This document shows positions 1 to 11,699 of a stretch of DNA of 64,000 nucleotides, one piece after another. Positions within the stretch are counted from its first letter, which is position 1. Every line of letters starts with the position of its first letter. The position numbers and the translations under genes were made by a program. Under the pieces are notes generated by a model. It was not told the origin of the DNA, did not search any database, and saw only the letters and a list, made by a program, of their open reading frames with translations. The DNA comes from Amphiscolops sp. MND2022 (lineage: Eukaryota): positions 22,258,001 through 22,322,000 of the forward strand of contig OZ076411.1 of assembly GCA_964187785.1 (NCBI GenBank). Reading direction: 5' to 3'.

Positions 1-884
1 TGTTTCAAGAGAATATCGCCGGTTGTATGGTATCATGCGTCTTCTGTTCAACAATAGTATCAACAGAATCGAATTTCGGCAAGCTGCATCTCAAATTCTT
101 TGCCAACGACTCAACATCACGAAAGATATGACACCTCGCATTTACTCACTGCTAATAGTCTAACGGACCTCCAGTGCCTATGTTTTAGTGAGAAAAACAA
201 AAAGCGATTAGTATTAACCTTCCGTGAGTTTCCAATAAACCCTTCTTTACTTTTTCCCAGAAGCTCCAGTAGCACCAATTACAACATCCGCATCATTTAT
301 CGCTTCAGGGGTGGGTTCAACAGTGCTACTACTAACTTCTAGCAACGGGTTCGCAGTAACAGGAATTGGTCGGCGACGTCTTAAAACGGGGAAAGAATGG
401 TGCTTGCCGTTTTCCACAGAAGTTCGGTTGGGAGAACGAGTGGACCAGGATTTACTTCGAAAAACAAGCTCTGCGGCTGTAGCGGAGGATTTGAACGACG
501 GTGAATGAAAGCGGGACCATCTTTAATACCATCAATTTTGGCTCGAAAAAAAACACTTCATGTTGAAAAAAAACGATAAATACTTCGCCCATTGTCAGCA
601 GTGCTGTTTTCTGACAATCAGAAGTTGAGCGATGATCACTCAGAATTGCCAAATTATCGACTCTGAAAAAAATTGAAATAAACGTTCGATAGTTTTGTGT
701 CCGGAAAAACTTCGTACCCAATTTCCTTCGTCTGCTGAACATTTCATGAGAATGAAACGCGAATAAAATAAGTAAATGAATCCGACATATCTCGTAAATA
801 TTGTAAAATCTGTGAAAATGCTTAACGAGATCATCAATCACCACGCCTCAAAAATTACCATAAAAATTCAAATTCGGTCGATTC

Positions 885-2064
885 TCACTTAGTTTTATAC
901 CAATTTGAGTGTGACCAAATTTGACGGTGACCAAATTTGACTGTGACCAACATGCTGAAAATTGAGCCAAAAATAGCAATCCTATTGGAGGCGACAGAAT
1001 TTGGTCGGTTGATTCGACGGTCCGTTTGACGTGAACAAATTTGGGCGGATATGAACACCCGCTGCTTCTGAATGTACTCTTTTTGGCGCAGTCGGGCAGA
1101 GAAGCCGGCGAGCAAGAGAGACGCCACCCAGCACACAAAGAGACAGGCAGTTGCAACCAACGCCATGTAAAAGGGGGTCAAGGCTGATTTGCACTGATGG
1201 TCCTGAGGCTTGCCCGTGTAGAAAATTCGCAAGGCAGCAAAAATACATGTAAGTGCCAGAACTAGATCGAGCAGGGCAACAATGTTGTTTGTCAAGTGAA
1301 ACACAGCGCTCATTCTCAGCTCCGGCTTGATTTTCACAGCAACCATGGCTGAAATCAATGAAACTACGCTTCCGATCGCAGCTATGGTCAGTCCACAAGC
1401 GGAAGCTAAAGGGATGTTTACCTTTCGAATATGGTATTTTCGAATGGGTGTGAAATCAAAATGATCCAAATCAACATGGTATTGTCGCAAATCGAGATCA
1501 TTGAAGCCGCTGTCCCACAACGTTGCACTCTTTATAACGGGACAGAAGCAATAGAGAAAGTATCGAATACTTCTGTCGTAGGTCTTTTCCGTTTGGTTGA
1601 CAACTTTGCAAAACAAATCGGATCTTTGGTCACATTCCGCAAGAGAAGGCCGGTAAATTTTCTTCATCACATTGTGTGGAATCTCGTGACGATACGATGA
1701 AATTTCGTTAGGGGGCGAACTTGTGGTGAAGTTGACAGCAATGGGCTCACCAATCGGGAAAATGCAGTCGTCGAACCACTCGTTTGGAAGGGCAGTAAGA
1801 ATGAAAATGATACTAAAAAGGAGCATGAGCACGTAAAAAATGAAGTAACTTTTCAACTGATAGTCTATGGGAGTACTGCCTGCAGAAATGCCGGGTATCA
1901 AACCTTGAATAACTTCTTCCGTAATCAATTCCTTGCGCCATTTCGAAGTAGCGAAGTTGTTTTCCCTTTGCTTGCGTATCGCTTCGCGAGCTCGATGCTT
2001 CGCGGCAATGTCCTTGTCACCGGGTCTTTTGGATAGAAACGCTTCTATTGCTTCCTTTTTGAAT
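885..2064 (-). CDS. Four-transmembrane claudin/PMP22/EMP-like membrane protein (main exon; 5' end not identified)
   Basis: The frame of the 347-aa ORF stays open upstream to a stop at 2082-2084. A good acceptor (tttccctggattacag|ATTC) puts the exon start at 2064. Four hydrophobic segments: YFIFYVLMLLFSIIFILTAL; ACGLTIAAIGSVVSLISAMVAV; IVALLDLVLALTCIFAALRIF; FYMALVATACLFVCWVASLLLAGF. A long Cys/Trp-containing loop follows TM1 and a basic cytoplasmic tail follows TM4. Family assignment is by topology only. Confidence 0.6.
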
Positions 2065-4981
2065 CTGTAATCCAGGGAAATTTAGTCGAAAGCGCGAAAA
2101 ATAAATCCTAGGAAACATTTTTTTTTCAAAAAATACGAAAAAAAAAACGATCGAGCACTTTCTAGTTAGAAAACTAAAACTTTGCAAGAAAAAGAGCGAA
2201 AATTAGGAGGAAATCATTCGAATTTCTTCAAGGCTGTAGGAATTTCACGGAATCGTTTACCAATCAAATCTTTGAAAGGTCAGTGTTAGAACAGTATTTC
2301 TAGATACAAACCCAATTGTAGGCGCAGAGCTGGCAAGTTCGCTGACGGCCAACATTCTAATACAGTCCACTTTTGAAAACTACTGACGAGGAACTGCTAT
2401 GAATGAATTCGCTTTTGAACAACGGAGTTCGGTTAGATGTTCTTCTTTTTAGAAGCAGTTGAATGTTAACAGATGAGTCACTGATGAGTGAAGCTCAATG
2501 AACTGCCGTGAACTACGGATTCGAATAGTCAGAAGTTGCTCAGTGCGCCATCTATAATGGTTTAGATATAGGACACTTCAATTCCAGATGGCGTTTGTCA
2601 GTCGCTATTGTTCTGTGGATTCAACGGTCGCTTCCTATGTCTGCATCCCATTTTGAGACATACCAAGAAACCAGAAAATGAAAAGTAGACACCATGGAAA
2701 CGTAAAATATTTGAAATCGATTTGCAAAATTAATCAAAATAAATTAGGCTTTTTCGTTAGCACTAAAAAACGGAAAGTTTCGCGGTAGCTACCGTATTTA
2801 TTCGACCAATAGCCACACTCTCAGAACGAGGTCTTTATTCAGTCATCATTTCGGGCGCAATTGTCTGGTGAAATGTGAGTCGCGGCTATTCTTAGAATAA
2901 ATAGGGTATGTTGTGGCCGGTCATGCGATGCCAACGCGGAAATGTGTTGAAACTGGAAAACTTTGAGTTGCGATTTTCGTTAGTTGAGCAACGAGCTTAT
3001 TTGAAAAATTTTCATTTTTAGCCATTGGGAAATTTTTGTTCTCAAGTCCGGACGGACAATAGCAATTTTAATAAAATGGATGTACGAGAACGAGCAAAAA
3101 GAGACATCTTCAGAAGGCAAAGACAGTGAGAAAACATTGGGCCGAAGACAGATCTGTTAGACAAGACAAGAAATCAGTTGAAGACTGACTCAACAGCTAG
3201 AGGCACCACAGAAATTCATACTGAGGGATGAAACGATTACGCGTTAGAAGAGTTTTGTTTCGCATTTCGTTTTCAGACAGCTTTCAATGAAACAAAAGTG
3301 ACGTTAGAGTCATGTAGTGACTTGACTCAAAAGGGAACGTTTATTTAGGCCCAAAAAACAGGCCCGATAACGAAATGTCATGAGGCCCGAAAATTTGTTC
3401 ATCGAAATTATTATAACGTAGTCAGCTTTCACATACCCCTAGTGCGCTAAATGCAGGAGCGAAGCGACGTGCCATATGGCCATGCCTCGATGTTGCTACT
3501 TGACGAAGGAAGCGAAGCCCATACAACAAATATGCTAACCTCTTCAAATAAATCAAGTTAAATACATATTGGCTGATATCATTATCTAACGCTAATAGTC
3601 ACCGAATTGATCGGGCCTCAAATTACACTAGCTTCGGGCCCCAATTTTTTGGCCTCAAATATGCCACCCATTTAAAATGAAGGGATATACATCGTTCATT
3701 TGGTGGATTCTACAAAAATTAGAAGTTCAACTTCATGGCAAGAGTGTTTTATTTCTACAAACTATTAACGGTAACTAGGGCATAGCAACAACCACGCAAT
3801 TTAAACAATATGAATTTCTGTCGCCCCGTAGAAGACAGCGCTGAATTAGCGACTATTCGGTGAGGTGAACAACATTTGTAACCGACTGGACATAGTGTTA
3901 GTGTTACTGATTACAGGAAAAGCATTTTTAAATAACTAAAGGGCGCGAATTAACGTTCTAAAAGTATTTCGGAAATAAGGTCTAAAAATAACGTTTAAAA
4001 AACTTATGTCTTAAGATAGGGAATCAGCATGATGTTATTCCCGTTTTACATTTAGACGTTATACTTTCGGCGTTATGCCTGTTCGCTGAAATTCCATTGC
4101 TTCGTTTATTTCAATCGTTTTTATTGGGTATAAATTTTCAATTATGGCAAAATTTATCCCTCCAACGTTTAACAAAAAGCGGGCAAAAAGCAAAAACATA
4201 GGGCGTTTTAAAATTGTTAGTTCACACATCGAACTCCAAAATTTTTCCAATCATAACAACCTGAAATCATGAAAAACTGCTTTTCATTTGTTATCCATCC
4301 ATATCAGTGCTTAAACGGAGTTCGAACAAAGATGAAATGATTACGCACACCCACGGTACAAGAGCGCATATGGAGAAACGCAGCGGAAGTATTTTAGAAA
4401 CGATAAACTCCGGAAAACAGCGCTAACTGTGGATTCGAATTCAAAGCTCCGAAAATGATTGTTAGTCCGGAAAACTAAAAATAACCAAGCTAATCGGGAT
4501 TAGAACCGTCGTCTGCCAATGGTAAGCGTGCACTCGCTGATACTACAAAACAACGTCATCAGTTTGTTGGCACAAATTGAAATTTTCTGGAGCTTTTGAA
4601 CAGAAATTTCATTTTCGGAGCTATGAATTCATCTAAAGATGACTATAGTGCATTAGTGCATAATTAAACGCTAGAGTGAATGTTTACGCGAATAAACACT
4701 CGAAAAAAACAAGCGCTGAGTTTCATGAAGAGAATCGGAAATACATAAAATGAAAGAAATTTCGTGCCAATTTTTCACAGATTGGATCAAGATTGTGGAT
4801 GAGCATTTTTGTCAAAACAACAAAGTGAAACTGGCCAAAAGAGACCTTGAGTAAAAATAAAATTGAACTAACGATTATTTCAACTAATATGTGATCTGTA
4901 CGGAGCGAAGTAAAAGCGGAGATAGCATGAAAGAAGATTGAAACACTGCAGCTGATGTCGCTCGAAGAATCTGAGATATGC

Positions 4982-6273
4982 TTACATTGGAGCCCCAGAA
5001 CCAGCTGGAGCGGCCATTGGGTTTATCATGCCAAGAGGATTGGCACTTGCTGCCGCTGCGACTCCAGTGGTTCCAGAAGCGGGATAAAAGGACGGTATCT
5101 GGGCTGCGGTCGCGAAATTGACGGCTCCGGGGTATGTTGGGTTGGTCATTGACATTAGCCCAGCGGCTTGTTGAAGAGTTGCAGCAGTCTGGTTGGCAGC
5201 AGCATTGGGATAGAACTGTGCGTAGTTGAATGCCGCAGTAGGCTGTTGGATGGTGTTCATCATAACTTGAGCAGCTGCCGCCTGTTGATACGGGTTGGCG
5301 GTAGCTGTGCTTGCTTGACCAGGTTGGTTCAGAAGAAGACTGTTTCCAAGATTGGGCGCCATGTTGGGCTGCAAAACAGTAGCTGCAGTCGCAGCTTGTA
5401 AATTCAACTGGCCAGTTGTGCCAAGAGGAGGAACCCCGCCCAAGGCTGACGTCATTTGTTGCAAAGCTGCAGCTGGTTGTTGAACAATGGGCGATCGTGG
5501 AACAGAAGCAACCATAGGCATGGAAGAGGGAGCCGCAGCTAGAGCTTGCTGTTGAGGGTTCTGGACACTTGGAGCGGGGGCAGTTCCGTTCACTTCTTGC
5601 ATTTTCTTGTTGTATTCTGCCAACTCTTGCTGATACTTCTCCCATTTGACCTTGTAGTCGTCCCATTGCTTCTGATAATCTTGCAACTGCTCACTTGTAT
5701 AGTTTGATGCCTGGGACACGGGTACTTGGCCAGCCATTGGAGCTGGTACTTGTCCAGTTACACTAGGAGTGGCTATTGTTGATGTCATTGAAACATTGCT
5801 GCTCTGATAGCCAGAGTAGAAACTTGACACTGGAGCGGCGACATTCAATGGATTCGAATTCAATGCTCCACTGTTGCCATTGTTGTAAACTGCACTTGAC
5901 TCTTTGAAAGAAGTTGGCACATCTCCACCAAAATTTGATGTAGGGGTGTTGGAAGGCCAGTTGTAAGCTGGTGCCGCAGATACAGGTACACCTGGAATAG
6001 ACATCTGAGAATTGTAATTTGCGCCAGCATTTGGAAAGATCTGACCAACAGAAGCATTCGTTGTACCAGAAACTGGAGGGTTGAGTGGAACTTGGGGGTT
6101 GAAGTTGCTAATACCTGGGCCAACGTTACCTGCCAAAAAGTTGGGTCCTGAACTTGAGAAATTTGGTGGCAGCATTTGCTGCGGCGCAAAAGCGTTGAAG
6201 GGAGGGTTTCCGAGAGGTAGTGGGTTGTTGAATGGTGGGATGACTTGTTGGTTCAACTGAGAGGTTGGAATAT
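4982..6273 (-). CDS. Exon 3 of the low-complexity protein: P/Q/A/N-rich, with a short predicted coiled coil (EQLQDYQKQWDDYKVKWEKYQQELAEY)
   Basis: 437-aa ORF. Acceptor tattgtttttcag|AT at 6274-6275 is phase 1, matching the exon-2 donor. Ends ATG TAA at 4982; the same bases also form a GTAAGC donor, so a further exon is possible. Confidence 0.75.
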
Positions 6274-6371
6274 CTGAAAAACAATAATAGTACAAAAATG
6301 AATATATTCAAAGTAACTATTAGATGTTTTAGCAACTGAAACTTAGCTCGGAAGACTCAACTGTTTAATTG

Positions 6372-6769
6372 TACCAAGACGGGAACGTCTAAAGTCGGCG
6401 CTATATCTAAGGCTCAAAGAGCGCAGTTTTTAAAATTGTAAAAGGGGGACGGACCTTTTGGGCTCTTTGAAAATCCAGTTTGTTGCAAAATATCAAAATA
6501 ATTGAAGGGGGACTCTTTGGAGAAATTTCGAGAAAGTCTAACAGCCAAAAAAAGGGCTGGAAAGTCTCATAGTGCCGAAAAAAATTGGAAAAGGAGGGCC
6601 CTTCTGCTTTGCAACGGTTTTGTATTTCATGTTTGGGGCTTTTGGATACGTTCAAAATCAAGTACTAAGTACTTTTGGTAAAAGTGCATAATGCACAGTG
6701 AGCTATTAGTCTGACAAAAAATAGTCACTGTAGCCGGGCACTTTTCACTAGAAAAGCACCGACTAAAAA
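6372..6769 (-). mobile_element. Helentron/DINE-1-like non-autonomous element (copy in intron)
   Basis: Reverse complement of the 32118-32604 copy at both ends: ccaagacgggaacgtctaaagtcggcgctatatctaaggctcaa at the left and cttttcactagaaaagcaccgactaaaaa at the right. Confidence 0.6.
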
Positions 6770-6909
6770 TAGCTACATTGAAAAAATAGCAACTTTTTCA
6801 CAAATATAGAGAATCAATTGAGACTACAGAGCTGCGGTATAAATTTGATAATAGCAAATTGTAGACTTTCTGTTGGGATAAAAAAACTTATTAAAAATGA
6901 AAATATTAC

Positions 6910-8193
6910 CATTCTTTTGGAAAGAATCTCTTTCTTTCAAAGACGACATGTGCTGACCAATTATGATATCTTTCCCATCGTCCGAATCCGCGTGACTTGC
7001 ATTGAAATTGTGTCTAAAAGTCTGATCCTGTGAACTTTGGCTCGGAGTTGAAAAATCGTTATTGTTGGATCGTTGGTTTCTTCCAGTGTTCCAATTCTGT
7101 TCAAACTGGGCAAACCGTTCGTTCTGATGCCTATTTGAGCGTTCACTATTTTCAGATGCGCGTCTATCACCGGACGCAGTCCATGCTGATTGGTTTCTGC
7201 TGGAATTACGCCACTGAGGGCTATTTCCTTGAGGTCCCCTGTCTCTGTCATTATTCCACTTGTCTGCATTGGGCCTCCAATTTCGGTTGTTGCTGTCCCC
7301 ATGATAATCTCTCTGTCTCCAACCTTGATTACGATGATTGTAGTCATTATTGAATGAGCCAGATCCACCACTTTCGTTTCTTTGATAGCTGCCTTGGCGA
7401 TTGTAATCTTGTCGGGGATTACTTCTTGAATCTTGTGAATCTTGATCACGGCCACTATTTCCACGTCCTCTGCTGGGTGCAAAGCCAGGCTTGCCTTCAA
7501 ATTGTCGAGCGTAAGCAGCACCCCCTCCGTCCAGCCAACCTTGTGATGGTTGTCTTCTGTCTTCATTCCTATTCGAATTATCATCATTGTTACCCCACCG
7601 AGTTCCACGAACTGGGTCACGACCTTTAAAATCCCCACTGCGACTGTCATGAGCAAATGGCCTTGGCTCATTAGGGCCGCGGCTCGATTGCATGTCTGCG
7701 TTCTTCCGAGATTCCCGAGAATGGTCCCTCATTGCACTATTACCACCAGACAGCCCAGGAATCGCGGAAGGTTCGCTATTATTGACTAAGTCCCCGCCCG
7801 GTCGAAAATCATTTGGTGGTCCATCTGAGGGTCTATCTATCATGTCATTTTTGGAAGGTCTTGGATTTAACCAATCACTCAAACTTTCTTCTTTATTTTG
7901 CCCTTTTCGATCAGAATAATTATCCCGAGGTTTGTTCAACGTGTCCACGATCACTGGTGGAGGTGGGTTAGGCAGGATTTTGGAAGGTGAGCGAGTTTTG
8001 AGCACCATTTTACAGTCAAAAGGCTTTTTGAACACGCCTCGTCCCAGTCCAGATGGTACTCTCGTCTTGTCTCTCTCATAAATGCTTACACAACCAGAAG
8101 TAACAGCACTTGGGACCGGAGTTTCTTCACGTTGACTCTCAGCATCTTCTTTTGACTTCTTATTCATAGGCGCCCCAGAAGTCGAAGATGAAT
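6910..8193 (-). CDS. Exon 2 of the low-complexity protein: R/G/D/N/S-rich, RGG-like
   Basis: 462-aa ORF. Acceptor tgcatttag|AT (8194-8195) and donor G|gtaata (6908-6909) give a 1284-nt exon, phase 1 at both ends. Confidence 0.78.
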
Positions 8194-8399
8194 CTAAATG
8201 CAATTTGACCATTAGACAACCTTTTACCTTACTGATGGATATGAGACATTAATGGCATCAATTTTGTCGGCACATTTCGTGTGAACATAAATGCCCGACT
8301 TTGTGACTTTTCTCCAAACCACAGAACTAACACTGAAAGGTCCATTGTTCACTGAATTTCTCTAGGCCTTCCTACCTTACCAACAAGCAATCTCCGGTG

Positions 8400-9060
8400 C
8401 TTCCAAAGGTTACGACATTTGGTTAAAAGAGTTTTTAAAGCTTTTGACATTAATGGTTTATACTTGCAAAGGTACAGGAAAAACCGAAGGAAGTTTTTCG
8501 GTACTGTGCGACTTTTTAAACTGTTTTCTTTAAAACATTCGCATTTCTCCCTTAGATTTTCAGCAGAAACAAAGCGTTTTGCGAGCAAAGAGGGCCGCTT
8601 AGAGTTTTTCGGCACTAAGCGACATACCGAAGACTTTATTTATGAAAAGAATTGAAAACAAACATTTGAAAAACTTTTTAAACTCAAAAAATTTAGAGGT
8701 TTTATGTTGGGGAAATCGTTTTTTAAGCCTCAAAGGTGACATCCTCGATTATTATTTTCTTGGTCCTGTAGTTTTCCCATATGTGAAAAGGAACTATGGT
8801 TTTTTGGCACTGTGCGACTTTTTTCGAAAAAAAAGATTTGATCAAAGGATATCCCATTTATTTTTGAGGGTCGTATAAGTTTTTCGGCACTATGAGACTT
8901 TGCTTGAGAGAACAGTTTTCAACATATGTGTTTTTCTGATGTTTCCATTTCAAAAAAAAACTATTTTCGAGTCGCAAGGGTACCCCTTCTGGTATCTTTT
9001 TCGCGTTGTGTGATAATCGAAAAGTTTCACAATAGTTGACCCCTAAATATTTCAAACACT
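8400..9060. repeat. Degenerate A/T-tract repeat related to the internal part of the Helentron-like family
   Basis: Recurrent ttttcggcact(g/a)tg(c/a)gact motifs shared with 9150-9330, 32340-32500 and 60520-60840. Confidence 0.45.
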
Positions 9061-9066
9061 TTGCTC

Positions 9067-9535
9067 TTTTTAGTTGGCGCTTTTAAAAAAAAAGAACCCA
9101 ACTATTACAGTCACTCGTTTCTTTTGTTTGTAAAACGTAACATACAAAACCGGACGAGACTAAAGGGTCCTCCTTTCAATTTTTTTCCAGCATTATGGGA
9201 TTTTTTCAAAAAAAATTAGGGCCTCCTCCAAATGGGTCCCCTTCAATTTTTTGACATTTTGCAACAGAATGGATGTTAAAAAATCCCAAAGAGCCCCCTT
9301 TTAAAATTTTCGACACTGAGACTGCTCAAAATTCTCTTTTGACGTTATATCCGAACTACATTGCGTTTACCATTCGTTCCAGCATGCTATATAAACTTCT
9401 GAAGCGTTTTCCGAGCACGAAAGGCACCTTTTCAGTGTTTTGGAATTTTTTCGTGAGTTTTTCATATCGTCCTGAGCCTATTTCAAAAGTTTGAGCCTTA
9501 CGTATATCGCCGACTAGGGACGTTCCCGTCTTGTT
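9067..9535 (+). mobile_element. Helentron/DINE-1-like non-autonomous element (copy in intron)
   Basis: 5' hairpin tttttagttggcgctttt...cccaacta, internal tacaaaaccggacgagactaaagggtcc, and 3' end cgccgactagggacgttcccgtcttgtt. Confidence 0.6.
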
Positions 9536-9923
9536 GAACTTTCGACGGGGTTCCGACTTAGGCCGTTTCTGGCTTGTTATTTGAAGAGTTTCATTCAATA
9601 ATAATGTAATAGAAAATAAACGCACGAAAAAACACGCTCTAAAAGATCCCATTCTCACTGAACAAGCTCATCACTTGTCAGATTCGTATTACAGCCAGGG
9701 CAGCCTATAGTGAACCTTGTTATTGTAGTCATCGGTATTCGAATATGACTAAGAACCATCCAGCATAATAATAATTCAGTCGATCGGTTTTCACATTTTT
9801 CCACCTTCCTTCTTCAGAAAATAGCAAATTTACTGCCAAATTCTCTACTACTTTCAACCATATTTTTATTCCTAAAGGTTTAAAAACTCCCAAAATTTAA
9901 AAACCATCAAAGTATGAACTAAC

Positions 9924-10215
9924 TAAAGCTTGATGCTATATTTGATCCATCTGAAGTTCCACTCGGGCGATTAGTAGCAGCAAACGGCGGAATTTTGGGG
10001 AAGGGGGCTGAGCCGCCTACAGGATTATTCCTCTTAAGTGGTTTTCTGTACGACTGGTAAGTGTTAGGGTTATTGTTGTTGATGTTCGGAGACGAGTCCA
10101 TATTGGGTTGTGAGGGCGTAAATGGGGGAGGTTTATTGATGACCGCCAAGTCGGCTAACTTTACTTCCTCCCGTACCGCTTGAACTGCTATCTCATCTCG
10201 AACTATATTCATGCT
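9924..10215 (-). CDS. First identifiable exon of the low-complexity protein (MNIVRDEIAVQAVREEVKLADL...)
   Basis: Acceptor gtattttcag|AGC ATG and donor TTT A|gttagt give a 292-nt exon ending in phase 1, which joins exon 2 in frame. Upstream exons may exist. Confidence 0.65.
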
Positions 10216-11066
10216 CTGAAAATACACCATAAGTTTAGAATAGTAATTCAAGTTTCACATTTTGACCCAGAAAGATGTTGGTCAGTTCGGATCCGAAATG
10301 TCAATTCTCAACGGAAGAGCCAATAACTTGGCCTGTGGTTTCATTTGCGAAACAGAGTGTTTTGTATTGAATTACAATTGCATGAAAAGTCAAATTCTGG
10401 GTGTGAAACTTGTACGCTCTGTGGAAATCGACTGCTGGCTTGATACTTATTCATGGAAACCAAAAGCGCAGTAATTCTGCGATATGACATCAGAGAGAGA
10501 TGGGATTTTTTGCCCTTAGTACACGGAGGGCGTGTCAGGCAGACAGACTTGAATTATGTTCGTCATAACATGACTAGGATAAGATGCACCAAATATCACA
10601 TTTAACAATAGCATTTCAGGAAACGAGCACAAATGTTTCTATCATAAAAATTCAAATAGCTCCAAAAATATTTCTTTAGCTCCTTTTTGAGTTCATATTT
10701 GCTCAGCTCGAAGTTTAAAGCATAATTTGCAAAAAGGAAATTCGCTAATTTCGTGGCTCTCGTGAAGAAAATTGTTGCGGTAGTTGTTGTTGGCAATCGG
10801 TTTAGCTTTTGTTGTATGAAGTGTGTTGTGGGACAAAGTTGGTAGTTGAACCTGTCTTTTCTCACATCGAACAGGTCGTCAATGTTCAGGCTGGAATTCG
10901 AAATCGATGGTGGGCGTTTGGATCGAATCAATTTGCGCGAATATGCAATCTGCACCTGAGATCGAAGTAAAATGGTCAAAGAAAACGAGATCGAATCAAG
11001 GTTTTCAAACACTTAGCGTTTTCATGTTTTTGGCCGTCGGATTCCCCCCCCCCACATTTCCTCTAG

Positions 11067-11150
11067 GGATTCTGGACGTTTCGGTGACAAACGTTTCGGC
11101 GACAATATGGCGGCGGACGTTTCGGCGACAAAAGTGTCGCCGAAACGTCC
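11067..11150. repeat. Short foldback/MITE relic with a perfect 16-bp hairpin
   Basis: ggacgtttcggcgaca-aaag-tgtcgccgaaacgtcc (11115-11150), preceded by two more acgtttcgg(t/c)gaca units. Confidence 0.6.
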
Positions 11151-11699
11151 TCTAAAAAGCTAAAAACGTTCGTTCTGGAAGCGAAAATTTTATTATGTCT
11201 GCATATGCTGTGTAGCATATGCATTTCCTCTAGTGCCCCGCGGCACCTTGGGGCTGCTTATGTTCCCATCTTGTTAAGCGAGGACGAACAGGAGCGAAGA
11301 CCTAGCGGGAACGGAGATCGCGAAGCGATCGTAGTGGGAGCTGATCTTTGCGACGGCGAGGGCGAGCGTGCCTACATCGTATATGATCCCATATTAGGTG
11401 GGGAAAAGTACCTAAAATATTTCAAACGCTTTACAGGAGCAGAAAACCTAGCAAAAGCCGATCGAATCGATCTCAAAACTTTCGACCCACTTTCGATCTC
11501 GCTTTCCGCTCACACAACAATTCGTTCCAAAAATACCCCACCTTTGAACTCATCATATAGTGCAAGAAGATGATGTCAGCGCTGGAACAAAAGCGAAATC
11601 GGCAGAAGATTTAAATGAATCAAACCGCTTCTATAAGATGTCTCACAAGATATCCACCTGGTAACAGAGATTTGAATTTTTTCGAGCTGTTCAATATTT

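Noticed and set aside
3345-3660. MITE with ggccc/gggcc arms
   Set aside because: The inverted motifs are too short and degenerate to define ends or a TSD.
4495-4545. tRNA gene
   Set aside because: A B-box-like motif only; no cloverleaf.
4884-5666. 260-aa minus-strand ORF
   Set aside because: Alternative frame overlapping exon 3; it does not fit the splice phases and is a shadow of the low-complexity codons.
6961-7671. 236-aa minus-strand ORF and the plus-strand ORFs over it
   Set aside because: Shadow frames of exon 2.
4982-10215. Naming the gene YLPM1 or FUBP/KHSRP
   Set aside because: Only a ~10-residue motif resembles them; no KH or nucleoside-kinase domain is seen.
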